DNA of 64,000 nucleotides from Mizuhopecten yessoensis (taxonomy: Eukaryota): positions 4,911 through 68,910 of the forward strand of contig NW_018479870.1 in the NCBI RefSeq assembly GCF_002113885.1, written 5' to 3'. The notes below the pieces were generated by a model, which did not search any database, was not told the DNA's origin, and saw only the letters and a list, made by a program, of their open reading frames with translations. The position numbers were made by a program, and so were the translations under genes. Of this stretch, positions 25,373-38,439 are shown in pieces (the stretch's first letter is position 1; each line of letters starts with the position of its first letter).

Positions 25373-25554
25373 CATGTACTGTTTTATTGCCTGTAGTAAC
25401 TATGAATTGAAAAGTGTTTTCTTAATTCTAAGTAAAACTCATCGTTTTTGAGACGTTTGGGTCGATAGTACAGCATGCTATTCATACCGACCTACTGAAA
25501 CATGTGACCGATCTGTAAGGAAACATCACTAGCCTAATGTGCGATATCGATATG

Positions 25555-25765
25555 CAACACTGTGACCTGATCATTTGTTACAGCTATATTTGGACCTAAA
25601 CTAAGGTGTTCAGGGTAATTTTACATGTTTTATGGGTTTATATCGACTTTCGGTAAAAATGACACCCCAATGAATATATATATATATATAAACCCCTTCT
25701 TTTTGAACACCTTTGTTTAGGTTTAGGTCCAAATATAGCTGTAAAAAATTCTCAGGTCCCTGTGA
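25555..25765. mobile_element. Internally deleted copy of the CACAGGG foldback MITE
   Basis: GACCTAAACTAAGGTGTTCAG...TCGACTTTCGGTAAAAATGACAC...TTCTCAGGTCCCTGTG. Confidence 0.7.
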
Positions 25766-25922
25766 TCTGCACCCACCGTAGTACGGAGACTTCGTGCCGA
25801 GATATTCTTCAGCGTCAACACCACTTAGCTACAAAAGAGGGTGCCAAACATACAGATATACTTACATTTGCGCTGCAATCCACTATATGAACATGACAAG
25901 CAGAAATGCATTTCATTTCAGG

Positions 25923-26070
25923 ATTGACCTTCATTTTGACTGCGTATACGGTAGTATGAACGGAGTTGGCAATAAACATATTCTATAGAGCGCGTTAGCG
26001 CTCCATAAAGAATATGTTCGTTGCCAACTGCGTTCATACTACCGTATACGCAGTCAAACTGAAGATCAAT
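25923..26070. repeat. About 148-bp near-perfect hairpin (MITE-like)
   Basis: Arms TTTGACTGCGTATACGGTAGTATGAACG.. and ..CGTTCATACTACCGTATACGCAGTCAAA. Confidence 0.9.
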
Positions 26071-26422
26071 TCTTATATTTACATATTTTTGTACTATGAT
26101 GGTACACTCAGAATAAAGCTAACTCCAATGCGTTCATACTTGCATGGAATTTTAAAAAAACACCCCGTTCATTCACCACGAGAAAGCCTTTATCATGATA
26201 ATATGGTGTGTAAACAAAGAAGCCGGTTGACGTTGGATTTTGCATTGAAGAAGAGCATTTGGAGCACCAAATACGGACATTGGAGAAAGCAGATAAGACT
26301 ACCCGTCAGAGCTTTTTTTGAGCAGGAAGAGACCGAAAATGGTATACAACAGATCAAATGCAACCTGGATGATGTTAGCAAACTTAGCAATCGATGTTTA
26401 TCGATCATGAAAAATCCAAATT

Positions 26423-26561
26423 GAAGGATCCAAATTTCCAAGGGGTGTTCCATGTGGGGGACATTTGAGGAAAATGGTGAAAATACATGATTTTTAAAGA
26501 AAATTATAAGAGGGGGGGGGGTCCTCCTGAAGCCCCCAAAACCCCTCTAGACCCGCCACTG
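26423..26561. mobile_element. Fragment of a hAT-type MITE ending CTAGACCCGCCACTG
   Basis: CAGTGGCGG-type terminus with a G/C-rich subterminal stem. The left end is degenerate. Confidence 0.4.
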
Positions 26562-26869
26562 GGTATTCTAGGTACTAGTTAATTGTTACCCTTACAGAGG
26601 CGACCGTCAATGATAGAATATTTGTTAGATTATATTTTCACTCAGACATACATTAGTGTTTAACAAGGATCTGCATGTATATGCACATCAAACATTAACA
26701 CGGCGAAATACAATTCAGCAAGATGTGCGAGGATTAATTCAAGGAATTAACGTATTTGAATTTATCCCGAGATTTTATGAGAATCTTCATACATGTGACA
26801 AAACACGGATATTACATACTGAAATAAATCTTTAATACTTGTAATATTAGAATACTACAATAGAAGTGG

Positions 26870-29783
26870 GGAATCAACGTATGTTGACAACGCCAGGGCG
26901 ACGCCAATTTGTCCATCGGCTTAACGTTGTAGAAACGTCAGCTCTCAACGTTAATCCGACGTTTATCCGTTGTTGCGTCAACGTTTGTGCATAGACGTCA
27001 GCCCGACGTTTGGTAATGTCGGATAAACGTATGAGTGTATACGTCAATCCAACGTTGGATAAACATCAAGTTAACGTAAAGTTACACGTGGCCTAACGTC
27101 GATCTAACGTTGGATAAACGTCAAGTTAATGTAAGAGTATACACGTCGGTCAAACGTTGAATAAACGTCAAGTTACGTATGAGCATACATGTCGATACAA
27201 CGTTGGATAAACGTCAAGTTACCGCATGAGCGGAAAAATTGACTTCAGTCGCACGTTCGTAGATTACGGTCAAACTAATTAGTTAATTTATCTGTTGCTG
27301 CAATGTCATCGCAGCATCAAACTTTAACCGTATCACGTTTAAGTCGCCATGTCAGTATTTGTGAACATGTGTTTAACAGTGCCTATCTACGTCAATTCCG
27401 TCGGTAGCATGGTTCCCTGCAATATATAAAACATAATTTCATGTATGATAAATACTGAATTTGTCTTGACGATTGTTCTATTTCAGATCAGCATGTATCA
27501 TATTTTCATTTTTTATATGTAGCTGCCCTGAGTGGATTTCCTTCTACTTAGACGTATCCTCCATGATCTTTGTAATTTTAAAAGTGCATAGAAATAACCC
27601 GGAAACGTTGTTATGTTCACGTTTTTGTATTTCGAAAGTGACTGTTTAGTCACTCTCACTGTCTTGGGCATGGGTTTCTTTGGTTTCTTTTCGATGGTTC
27701 TGAAAATAAAGAGGAAAAACAGTAGTTGGGTTTTAAACAAAAATAAGAATGTCTCTAATTGTTCGTCGAATTAGCAAATTATCAAACACAATTACAACGT
27801 TATATTTTATGATTGTGTATCATGGGTATTTTTATTTCACGTTTTGATTTTTACATAATACAGAAAAGCATAGTATTTCACAATAGTACATATTTACTGG
27901 GACACATACTATGTATATGAACAGAAATATTTCATAATAATAACTCTGGTACAACTCGATGGACACTGTTAAAGAGTTAAACAGATCACTAAGCACCCGT
28001 ATTTTAAAATGTGTATATCACGTTTTTTATCAAATAATGTATATACGATATATATGTAAATAACCTCGCGCATGCCAACACCTCCAAACAACCAAGTTAT
28101 TGTAAACATTAATCATCACATTTTAGTTACCAACACCTTTTTGAAAAAGATTAATTTGGTTCAGTCTGATATGTGTATTTTTTGCTTCACAGAAAAATAA
28201 ACTATTCAGCATGTACTATGGGAATGTAATTAAGTCCAAAATTGTATTCTTGCTTTCCAAATTTGGATCCAAACTTCTTGTTATGTGACTTTTAATATAT
28301 GTAAAAAAGATTTTATTTTTGGGAAAATAACACAAAATCAAAATCTGAATAACAGGGCAGAAAATGTCATAATTCTGAGTATGAAACACTACATTATTGT
28401 CAAAAGAGTTTTTTGCCAAGAGCTTTACCTACCTACTCTTATCAGTAAACTGAAAACAGCATACACTATCGAAAGATACATAGCAAACAAATATGACAGG
28501 GAAGCATCTTTTATCAAAGATTTCAGCGCCTTTCATATAGTTTCTTTTAGATAATTAGATATATACATGCAGATACAGACATATACCAAGCATCTATATT
28601 GTCATTAAGGATAAAAACTAAGTAAATCTATTTTTTTCCTCTCCTCTTTTTGCAAGTATTTTTTTTCTCTGATTTTCTTTTTCATTTGCTGATAAATTAC
28701 TCTTATGTCTCTCTTATCCCTGTCCCTCTTTTTCTGGATAAACTTCTACTTTTTAAACAAACTATCCCCCAATCCCCGTTTCAATTAATTCCAGTCATTT
28801 TCTTGTATATTTATTTTTCTAGGCGTATTTTATGCAAGTTATATTTGTGAACCTAATTCTAAATTAATCATAAACTGGTCATTTACAACATAAAGGTTTT
28901 GTTATGTGCGAAGGTTAGATACATATTTTTATTCAAATCCTTCATGCAGAACAGAGTTGCACAGGAATATTAATTATGATAAAACTTGAATATGTATGCT
29001 TAGTTAAGAGAGTATTAATGGAGGACAGTAGCTGACGTATTCCATCTTCAGACGGTTCCTCATGTCTGGATTTAATAAACTGAATTAATAAAAAGGGGTA
29101 TCATCATTCTCTTATATATATATATGATGTATTTATAGTATTTTCAACAGTAAGTGCATCTTGTGGTAATTTTTGATTAAATTCCGCACTAAAAAAAAAT
29201 TATATATATTATAAACACGAAGAGGCATCAAATCAAGCTGCAAGCTTTCTAAAGATGTCGGACCTACGAACCTACAGTTACAGTACTTATGCATCAATGC
29301 ATCACATACATTGTTTATATGTAATACGTACGCATTGAGGAGTTATATTGCTCGTTGTACTAACGTTGAAATACAAATCAATAAATATAGCAACCTGAAG
29401 TGTCATGTTGAACGTTGGTTCGACGTTGTACTAACGTTGTATACCCAACCATCAAAATAGTCATCTCAAAGGTAATCTGGAAACGTTGGTTCGACGTTGA
29501 ACTAAAGTTGTAACCCATTTATCAAAATCATTATCAAAAGGTTATTTTGAAACGTTGGTTCGACGTCTCACTAACGTTGTAAACCCAACTATCAAAATCG
29601 CCATCTCAAAGGTTTTTTGAAACGTTGGTTCGACGTTGCACTAACGTTGTGCTCCAATTTGCTTTAAGAGAAATCTGAAAGGTTGTGTTACGACGTCGGC
29701 CCGACGTTGGTTAGACATTGCAAACGTACCTGCGACCAACACAACCTAAGCTGACGTTGGCCCGACGAATGTCTGCCAGCTGG
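26870..29783. mobile_element. Non-autonomous DNA element with AACGTT-rich subterminal repeat arrays (EnSpm/CMC-like); left terminus not found
   Basis: Repeats CAACGTTGGATAAACGTCAAG (26870-27260) and AACGTTGGTTCGACGTTG (29350-29770). Right end GCCAGCTGGG (reverse complement CCCAGCTGGC). Confidence 0.5.
28050..28560 (+). mobile_element. Decayed 3' end of an L1/Tx1-like LINE ORF2
   Basis: Zinc-binding remnant C.FC...TIQHVLWEC followed by ..DFIFG..ENVIILSMKHYI. Confidence 0.55.
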
Positions 29784-29939
29784 GTTGGTTAGTATTTAAT
29801 GGTGTTCATCACGATCCCCTCCAAAACACAAATTATAAATTCGATCTTGAGGTGTGCCGACCATTCGACCAAGTTTTTGTTAATGATGCAAATAATGGCA
29901 CAGTTACGTGTTCATGTGGAGACGATAATAAAAGACAGA

Positions 29940-30255
29940 TCGTCTCCGATTCGATCACAGAGTCAGATATCATCACCAGCCAGCCTTTATCATTCAAACT
30001 TCAAAACATGTTGGACTGGTGTAGATTATAAATCAGGAGTTTGCTGGCTAAAATGACAGGATAAAAAGAACAGTGTTAAACTTTCCAAAAGGTCTGAAGA
30101 AATTAAACAAGCTATTAACCTGGGAACTAGGTCGGATGGATTTACTGTCACTTCAGATAACAGGCTACTATTCTTTTGTACAAGTCAGCAATGTATCAAG
30201 GAGATGAAGCTGCCAAATGGCGAGATCACAGTAAAGTCCAGCACTAGTCCCCTTA
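29940..30255 (+). pseudogene. TRIM-like propeller fragment (copy 6), chimeric
   Basis: Copy 11-like up to GGATTTACTGT, copy 10-like after it. Confidence 0.8.
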
Positions 30256-32213
30256 CACATTTGAAACGCCGGATTAAAACATATTCAAATACCAGTTAAT
30301 TGCATGTACCTTCTATTTATTAAAATTCACGTTCGGGCAAGATGAGCTTAGTATGTGATGAAAAGGAAAATATCTTTAACAATCAAAACGGCAATTTGTT
30401 TTATAACTGTATATGAATATGAAAATGGTGGTGTATCTGAGGATTACTGTTTTTACATCCTTACAAGGGAGTTCGGTGGTAATACCCGGTAATACCCGGT
30501 AATACCCGGGACAATTAGTAACGATGTTCAGCCTTTGACTCCCTCATGTTTTGAAGCTTGATTTTTCTGTTCTTATTTTTCTGAAATTAAAATTTGGATG
30601 AACAACGTTCTCTGCACATTTACAATGTTAAAAGACAAGTCTAATTGACAATAGGATACAGGAAAACCATCAATCCGAAGAACAGACTCTAGAGTATTTA
30701 ATTATCGGGATTATGAATAGTTTATCAGTTCAGTAACTCAAATTTCCTGGTCTATCTTAATCCAGTGTGGTAATTAATTCGTTTTCCTTTTTTTCCTCCT
30801 TGCTTATATCGCTGATAATGTTGTATTCTCTATGAATTATTACAAGAAAAAGACAATATGTTGGTAAAATGTATGTTTAAGATGTTTTATAAGATTTAGT
30901 AATTTAAACATGTTCAAACTATATATCGTCTGTGGACATTTTAGTAGTTTCACTTCAAACTATTTAGGTTGTGTGCCCATTGATCACTCTAAACAACACC
31001 ATGTGTTACAAAAATAGAATACGAGAGCGCGAGGTCACGACATGAAGAACGCGAAAATGAGGGAATAACCAGGCATGATCTCCATTTTCTCTCCAAACAC
31101 ATGCTTTTTCAATGGTTGATTTTATTTGTTCATTAAAGTGCCATATTTCTCTTTAACTTATGATAGGTTTAGAAGTGTGGGGTCGCTGCTTCGTTCCTTG
31201 GTGGAAAATTATGTCAAGCTTCTCTTTTCCTTTTACATATGTACTTCTGTATAAAATATGTATTCATATACAGCTGAACACGTATCATCATCTTACATAT
31301 CAAACTAGAAAGAAAACTATGTGCTTTACTATGTTTTGTCTTAAGTAGTATTTATTTTCTTTATTTGCAACATGCATTTAAGTTAGATGTCTGAATATTA
31401 TATCACATTGTTTATTTCGTAATTAACATTTTTAACTGAACCTATTGAATGGAGTAAATACATCGAAATCGACCCACAACTTTAAAATACTTATACTCTG
31501 TAATCCAGCTGTCTGCAATCAAATCGGAAGTGAAACTAGTTGTGATGTCAACAAGTGTATAACGCTAAACAAAAATGAAGATGATTTTAGAAAACGCCAT
31601 GCCTAAAGATATTGACTTTACCCGTAATACTCGAGCACTAATAATTTAACTAGCATCAATTCATTGATAATGCTAGACTACATATAGAACACAATCAAAT
31701 ATAGTTCTAGCTAAACATCCTAACTTTTTATTAAATCTTTTTATTATAACTTATTTTAACGCCATCGGCAACGAATTAATAATTCAGTTTGGCAATCGTA
31801 ATACTAGGTTGATCTAAGATTAACACAATAATATCAGGTGGTGGTCGGGTTGGGGTGCTTTGTATTATGTTCTGTTTGTGGTTCTTTTGTTAAAAAAAAT
31901 AGTCTTAGCTAAAACACACACAAACATACAAAAAAACAACACTCCGATATATTTTCAAACTACCCATATCCTGAACTTCCAAGAACAGTGATACATTCAA
32001 GTCGTGGATAAAGTGAGTGTGAAATACAGGCTACACAGACTTGTAGTGTGTTGATAAGATTATAACCACGTTCCTTTTCTAGTATGTGACACTTCATTTC
32101 TTGTCAGCTATTTATAATCAATAACGGTGACCGATGACGTAACAAAAGTATACCGATAGAAGCACGTAACAACAGAAAACTTCATTTTGAGCTACGGATA
32201 TTACCGTGAGACA

Positions 32214-33724
32214 ATGAAGTGTGCCATACATACAGGTGAGAAAGTGTTCATGGTGTGTAAATCATGTGACAAGTTCCCCTTTGTCTGTGGAGTTTGTATT
32301 GAAGAGGAACATGCAGAGCACAAAGTTCAGACATTAAGGAACGCCGCTCAGTCTATCCGTCAGAATCTGGAACAGGTAGAAACCGAGAATGTTCAGGTGT
32401 TTAAAGAGATCAAATCGGATCGAGATCGTCTCACCAAAATCAGAGATGATCTGCAACAGGATGCTTCTAACGTAGATGATGAGATCGCGAAACGTGCTGA
32501 TATTATCAGAAGCAAAATCGACGAAGTCAACACGGAAGTAATACAGAAACACAAAACGGAAGTTGGTAAGAACACGCAGGCCATAGACAGAACGGAGGAA
32601 GCTCTGAAACAGCAGGTGTCCCAAATAAACACGTTCAAGATGAAGGTGGCTCAACTGCAGAAGATGAACGACTGCGTGGACGTGATTAAATTGGGAAGGA
32701 ACTTGGAGGTGCCGGATATCAGCCGCATCCCCAGGCCGGACATACACGCCCTTGTATTCATCCCCGGGACTGTCAGGGACGGAGAACTCAAACGAATGTT
32801 TGGGGTATTAAAACGTTTGATAGTTCAAACAATGGCGTTACAACGACGATGTCGTCTGACTTTGTTGGTTCGATCGAAAGAGAATCAAATATCAAAGTAA
32901 CACCAGTAACATCCATTAAACTTCTTAAAAATGTTGGTATATATACTGTGTTTTGTTCTGAATCAGAACTTTGCTGGTTAAAATGCCAGGATAAAAACAG
33001 TGTTAAACTTTCAAACATATCGGGACAAATCATTCAAGCTGTCAACCTAGGAACTCAGACAAAAGGATTTACTGTCACGTCCGATAACAGGTTACTGTTC
33101 TGTTGTACAACTCAGCAATGCGTCAAGGAAATGGAGCTTCCAAACGGAGATATCACAGAGAAATTCAGCACTAGTCCACTGGCACCCAATTACATATGTA
33201 CAGGTCCGTCTGGTGACATATATGTATCGCTGTTTGACGAGGATGATTACAACTTAGAAGAAGACAGTACCCGTGTGTTGGTTCAATACAACAGTAGGGG
33301 ACTAGAGAAGGTTCGGTGTCAGACACATGTTTTTGGCGAACGTCTTTTTGTTGTACCAGGGGAAGTCTGTGTGAACAACACTGGCACCCGAGTTGTGGTA
33401 ATTAACTATATAAATGACAATCGCAGGGAGCTAGTTGTTCTTGACCAGGACCTATCTCCTATCTTTGTCTATACAGGACCCAGCGTGCTGACGGGCAAAT
33501 CACTTTCATGGTTTCTTCTTAATGGTGCTACGTTTGATACAAGAGACAATATTTTGGTTGCTGAAGAGAAAAGTCAAACTATCCAGCTACTGAGTCCATT
33601 CTGTGAGCCACTGCAGGTCCTGCTGACCATGGAAACTAAACCATGGTCCTTGTCCTTGCACGGGAATGAGGTTTGTGTCGGATGTGACAAAGGGAGAGTA
33701 CAAGTCTTCAGGTATTCTTACTAA
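32214..33724 (+). pseudogene. TRIM-like copy 7, intact except for a 1-nt frameshift in a G run near 32802 (possible assembly error)
   Basis: TTTGGGGTATT versus TTTGGGGGTATT in copy 8. Both flanking ORFs are otherwise open. Confidence 0.8.
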
Positions 33725-36092
33725 GGTATGTTAACACTACAGCTTGACCAAGAAGATAATGTGAAATGAAATGTAGTCATAATTGATAAAGTTATTATAT
33801 CTTTGATACGACTTACATCCGAGTCAATCTCATAATAAAAATATAAGGAGAATTATAGTCCATAATAATGCACAAGGCCATTCTGATAATAGTGGGCTTT
33901 TAGTTAACATTGTTAAAACAATATGTACCGAATTAAGATATTTTCAAAGGCGATTATAGGACAGAATATTATATATAATATTTTATTACCAACGATGCTA
34001 ATTGAAAACTTGCGTTTTTTTGTAGAGATTTTACTGGATGACGTCCGCGGGAATCTCTGTCTTAACATAGTGGTTACAGATTGATACTGGTAATCGGGCA
34101 CATGCTACTTATAATTGTCATCCAGAGGTTTAGATGTATGGAAGGCCGATGAAAGAAATGCGAAGGAGCAGCCAGATAAATGGATGTGTGCGGAGCTATC
34201 CAGAAATACCGGCACGAGTGCTTGCGGGGGTGTCAAAGTATTTGCCTATGTAGACAAGGACCATAGGAGGGTTGCGCAGTGTATAACGCACACAGCTTAC
34301 AGCCGGGGTTTGATTCCCTGATCAGACGTGGATAAAAGGTCACCTGCCCGACCACCTGGATTTTTCTCGTGTTTTTTCCGGTTTCCACCCATCCACAGAC
34401 CACCTGCGTGCTATCATCCGGACATCCGGAAGAGTCACTAATTCAATAAGTATACGCTTGTTTCACAGCGATATGTATTGTTAATAGAACTGCAACTAGA
34501 TATTGTCTATGGCAGAGGTCGAAGAAAGATATAGATGGATGTGTAGATAGTAGATATGATGGTAATATTGGTGAGTAGCCCGATTTAATGTGTGATGAAG
34601 TGTAAGCAGATATCGGGGGTGTTTGAATATTGTACAGATTATTTTTGTTAATATCTAATATATATGTACCTCTATTAGATCGTTGTATTTTGGGTTTTGA
34701 AGTGGAGTTCAGTGGTAATACCCAGAACAACCAGTAACGATGTTCAGCCTTTGACCATTGGAACTATCCTGGGATATTTACCACAATTTATTCGTAATGA
34801 CCCCAAATGTCTTTGAAGCTTGATTTTTCTGTCCTTATTTTTCTGAAATTAAAATTTGGATGAACAACGTTCTCTGCACATTTACAATGTTAAAAGACAA
34901 GTCTAATTGACAATAGGATACAGGAAAACCATCAATCCGAAGAACAGACTCTAGAGTATTTAATTATCGTGATTATGAATAGTTTATCAGATCAGTTACT
35001 CAAATTTCCTATTCTATCTTAATCAAGTGTGGTAATTAATTCATTTTCCTTTCTTTCCTCCTTGCTGATATCGCTGATACTGTTGTATACTCTTACGAAT
35101 TATCACAAGAAAAAGACAACAAGTTGGTAAAATGTATGTTTAATATGTTTTATAAGATTTTAGTAATTAAAACATGTTCAAACAATATTTCGTGTGTGGA
35201 CATTTTAGTAGTTTCACTTCAAACTATTTAGGTTGTGTGCCGATTGATCACTCTAAACAACACCATGTGTTACAAGAATAGAATACGAGAGCGCGAGGTC
35301 ACGACAGGAAGAACGCGAAAATGAGGGAATAACCAGGCATGATCTCCATTTTCTCTCCAAACACATGCTTTTTCAATGGTTGATTTTATTTGTTCATTAA
35401 AGTGCCATATTTCTCTTTAACTTATGATAGGTTTAGAAGTGTGGGGTCGCTGCTTCGTTCCTTGGTGAAAAATTATGTCAAGCTTCTCTTTTCCTTTTAC
35501 ATATGTACTTTACCCGTAATACTCGAGCACTAATAATTTAACTAGCATCAATTCATTGATAATGCTAGACTACATATAGAACACAATCAAATATAGCTCT
35601 AGCTACACATCCTAACATTTTATTAAATCTTTTTATTATAACTTATTTTAACGCCATCGGCAATGAATTAATAATTCAGTTTGGCAATCGTAACACTAGG
35701 TTGATATAAGATTAACACAATTATATCAGGTGGTGGTCGGGGTGGGGTGCTTTGTGTTATGTTCTGTTTGTGATTCTTTTGTTAAAGGTTGCCTGGAGAC
35801 AGAAAGGTCGGTTAAGCGCCTACAAACATACAAAAAAAAAATACAATCGGATATATTTTCAAACTACTCAGCTATCTTCCAAAAACGGTGATACATACAA
35901 GTCGTAGATAAGGTGAGTGTGAAATACAGGCTACACAGACTTGTAGTGTGTTGATAAGATTATAACCACGTTCCTTTTCTAGTATGCTATTTATAATCAA
36001 TAACGGTGACCGATGACGTAACAAAAGTATACCGATAGAAGCACGTCTCAACAGAAAACTTCATTTTGAGCTACGGATATTACCGTGAGACA

Positions 36093-37570
36093 ATGGAGTG
36101 TGCCATACATACAGGTGAGCAAGTGTTCATGGTGTGTAAATCATGTGATAAGTTCCCCTTTGTCTGTGGAGTTTGTATTGAAGAGGAACATGCAGAGCAC
36201 AGATTGCAGACATTGAGGAACGCCGCTCGGTCTATCCGTCAGAACCTGGAACAGTTAGAAACCGAGAATGTTCAATCAAATCGGATCGAGATCGTCTCAC
36301 CAAAATCAGAGATGATCTGCAACAGGATGCTTATAACGTAGATGATGAGATCGCTAAACGTGCTGATATTATCAGAAGAAAAATCGACGAAGTCAACACG
36401 GAAGTAATACAGAAACACAAAACGGAAGTCGGTATGAACACGCAGGCCATAGACAGAACGGAGAAAGCTCTGAAACAGCAGGTGTCCCAAATAGACACGT
36501 TCAAGATGAAGGTGGCTCAACTGCAGAAGGTGAACGACTACGTGGACGTGATTAAGTTGGGAAGGGACATGGAGGTGCCGGATATCAGCCGCATACCCAG
36601 GCCGGACATGCACGCCCTTGTATTCATCCCCGGGACTGTCAGGGACGGAGAACTCAAACGAATGTTTGGGGGTATTAAAACATTTGATAGTTCAAACAAT
36701 GGCGTTACAACGACGATGTCGTCTGACTTTGTTGGTTCGATCGAAAGAGAATCAAATATCAAAGTAACACCAGTAACATCCTTCAAACTTCCTAAAGATG
36801 ATGGCATAGAAACCGTGTTTTGTTCTTAGCCAGGACTTCGCTGGTTCAAATGCCAGAATAAAAACAGTGTTAAACTTTCAAACATATTGGGACAAATCAT
36901 TGAAGCTGTCAACCTAGGAACTCAGACAAAAGGATTTACTGTCACTTCAGATAACAAGTTCCTGTTCTGTTGTACAACTCAGAAATGTATCAATGAGGTG
37001 GATCTGTCAGACGGAGAGATCACAGAGATAATCAGCATCCCACGGATACCAGACAGTATATGCACAGGTCCCGCTGGGGAGATATATTTGACGATGTACG
37101 ACAAGAAAGATTACGACGTACAAAAGAACAGTTACCTCGGGCTGTGCCGGTGCATTAGGGGAGTAGAATTCAAAGCGCAATCAAGCCAAAGCATCTTTGT
37201 TATACCGGAAAAAGTCTGTGTAAACAGCAGTGGCACACGTTTAGCGGTTATTAACGACATTGCTATAAGAAGAGGAGAGCTAGTTATTCTGGACGAAGAC
37301 CTATCTCCTATATCGATGTACAGGGGGCCATGCGTCCTGACTGGCAACTCAATAGAATATAAGCCCAATGATGCAATGTTTGATGCGATGGATAATATTT
37401 TGGTAATGGAAGGATACAAAAAAAATGTCCAGTTACTTAGTCCATCCTGCGAGCCACTTAAGGTCCTCCTGACTATGGACACACCGCCATGGACCTTGGC
37501 CATGATCGGGGAAGTGATTTGGGTCGGGGATGGCGAGGGAAAAGTACAGGTCTTCCGGTATTCTTACTAA
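36093..37570 (+). pseudogene. TRIM-like copy 8, with a frameshifting deletion, a stop codon and a divergent propeller
   Basis: Deletion near 36275 and TAG at 36827-36829. The C-terminal ORF 36887-37570 is open. Confidence 0.88.
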
Positions 37571-38439
37571 GGTATGTTAACGCTACAGCTAGAACAACAT
37601 ACAATGTTAAATGGACATGTTTAGTCTGATAACGGAATAGTGTTATTGATGTGGCTTTTCCATGTGTTAAATTGAGAATAAAAATAGAAGGAGATGAATC
37701 AAATTTAGTTTATGGTGAGAACAAGTTCAACTCTTTCTCATTGTCACATATTCCTCATTGTCACATATTAACTACGAATGCCCAGACCGATAAACAAAAC
37801 CATAAACTCCAACTATTCCTAATTTCCCCAAATGAATATCTGAGTGCGAAGCTATGGCTGTTGACTTCATTGGTCATGTAAAGATTCGCGCTGCGAACTA
37901 AAAAAACAGCAATCGGTTTACAAAAACAAACAAAACCTAGATATTCGCAACGATATTTACTACGTTTTAGTAAGCAACAAATATTTCAAGGATATGTACA
38001 CAGCTGCACAATTGCGTTAGCAATACGTTATCGTCAATGAGAAATATATTTTGGTATTGTTCCATATCACAAGGTTATTTTAATTATTTTAATGCCTCGT
38101 TTCTACCAAATATCGAAGATGCAAATTAAAATTTATTTTTCATTGTAGAAGTTTGCTTGATGACTTCGATGAGAATCTTTGTTCCTTTTTGGATGGTTAC
38201 GGACTGGTAACGGCTCATGAATACTTGAGTTCATGAAAAAAGGAAACAGGAGGTCGGGTAGCGCAGTTTTATTTCTGCATTTCCATCACGCTTCCATCAG
38301 AGCCAACAAGAGTTATTAATATAAGCTGACAGCACTTGTTTCTAAAATACTGTGAACAATCTTAAAAAGTGGACTAAAATACAGCTAAAGGAAAAATATC
38401 AGTGTTTGATTCATAAGAAGCTATTTAAAGATTTAAACA

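Noticed and set aside
26014-26424. 136-aa ORF
   Set aside because: It begins inside the hairpin repeat and has no recognisable motif.
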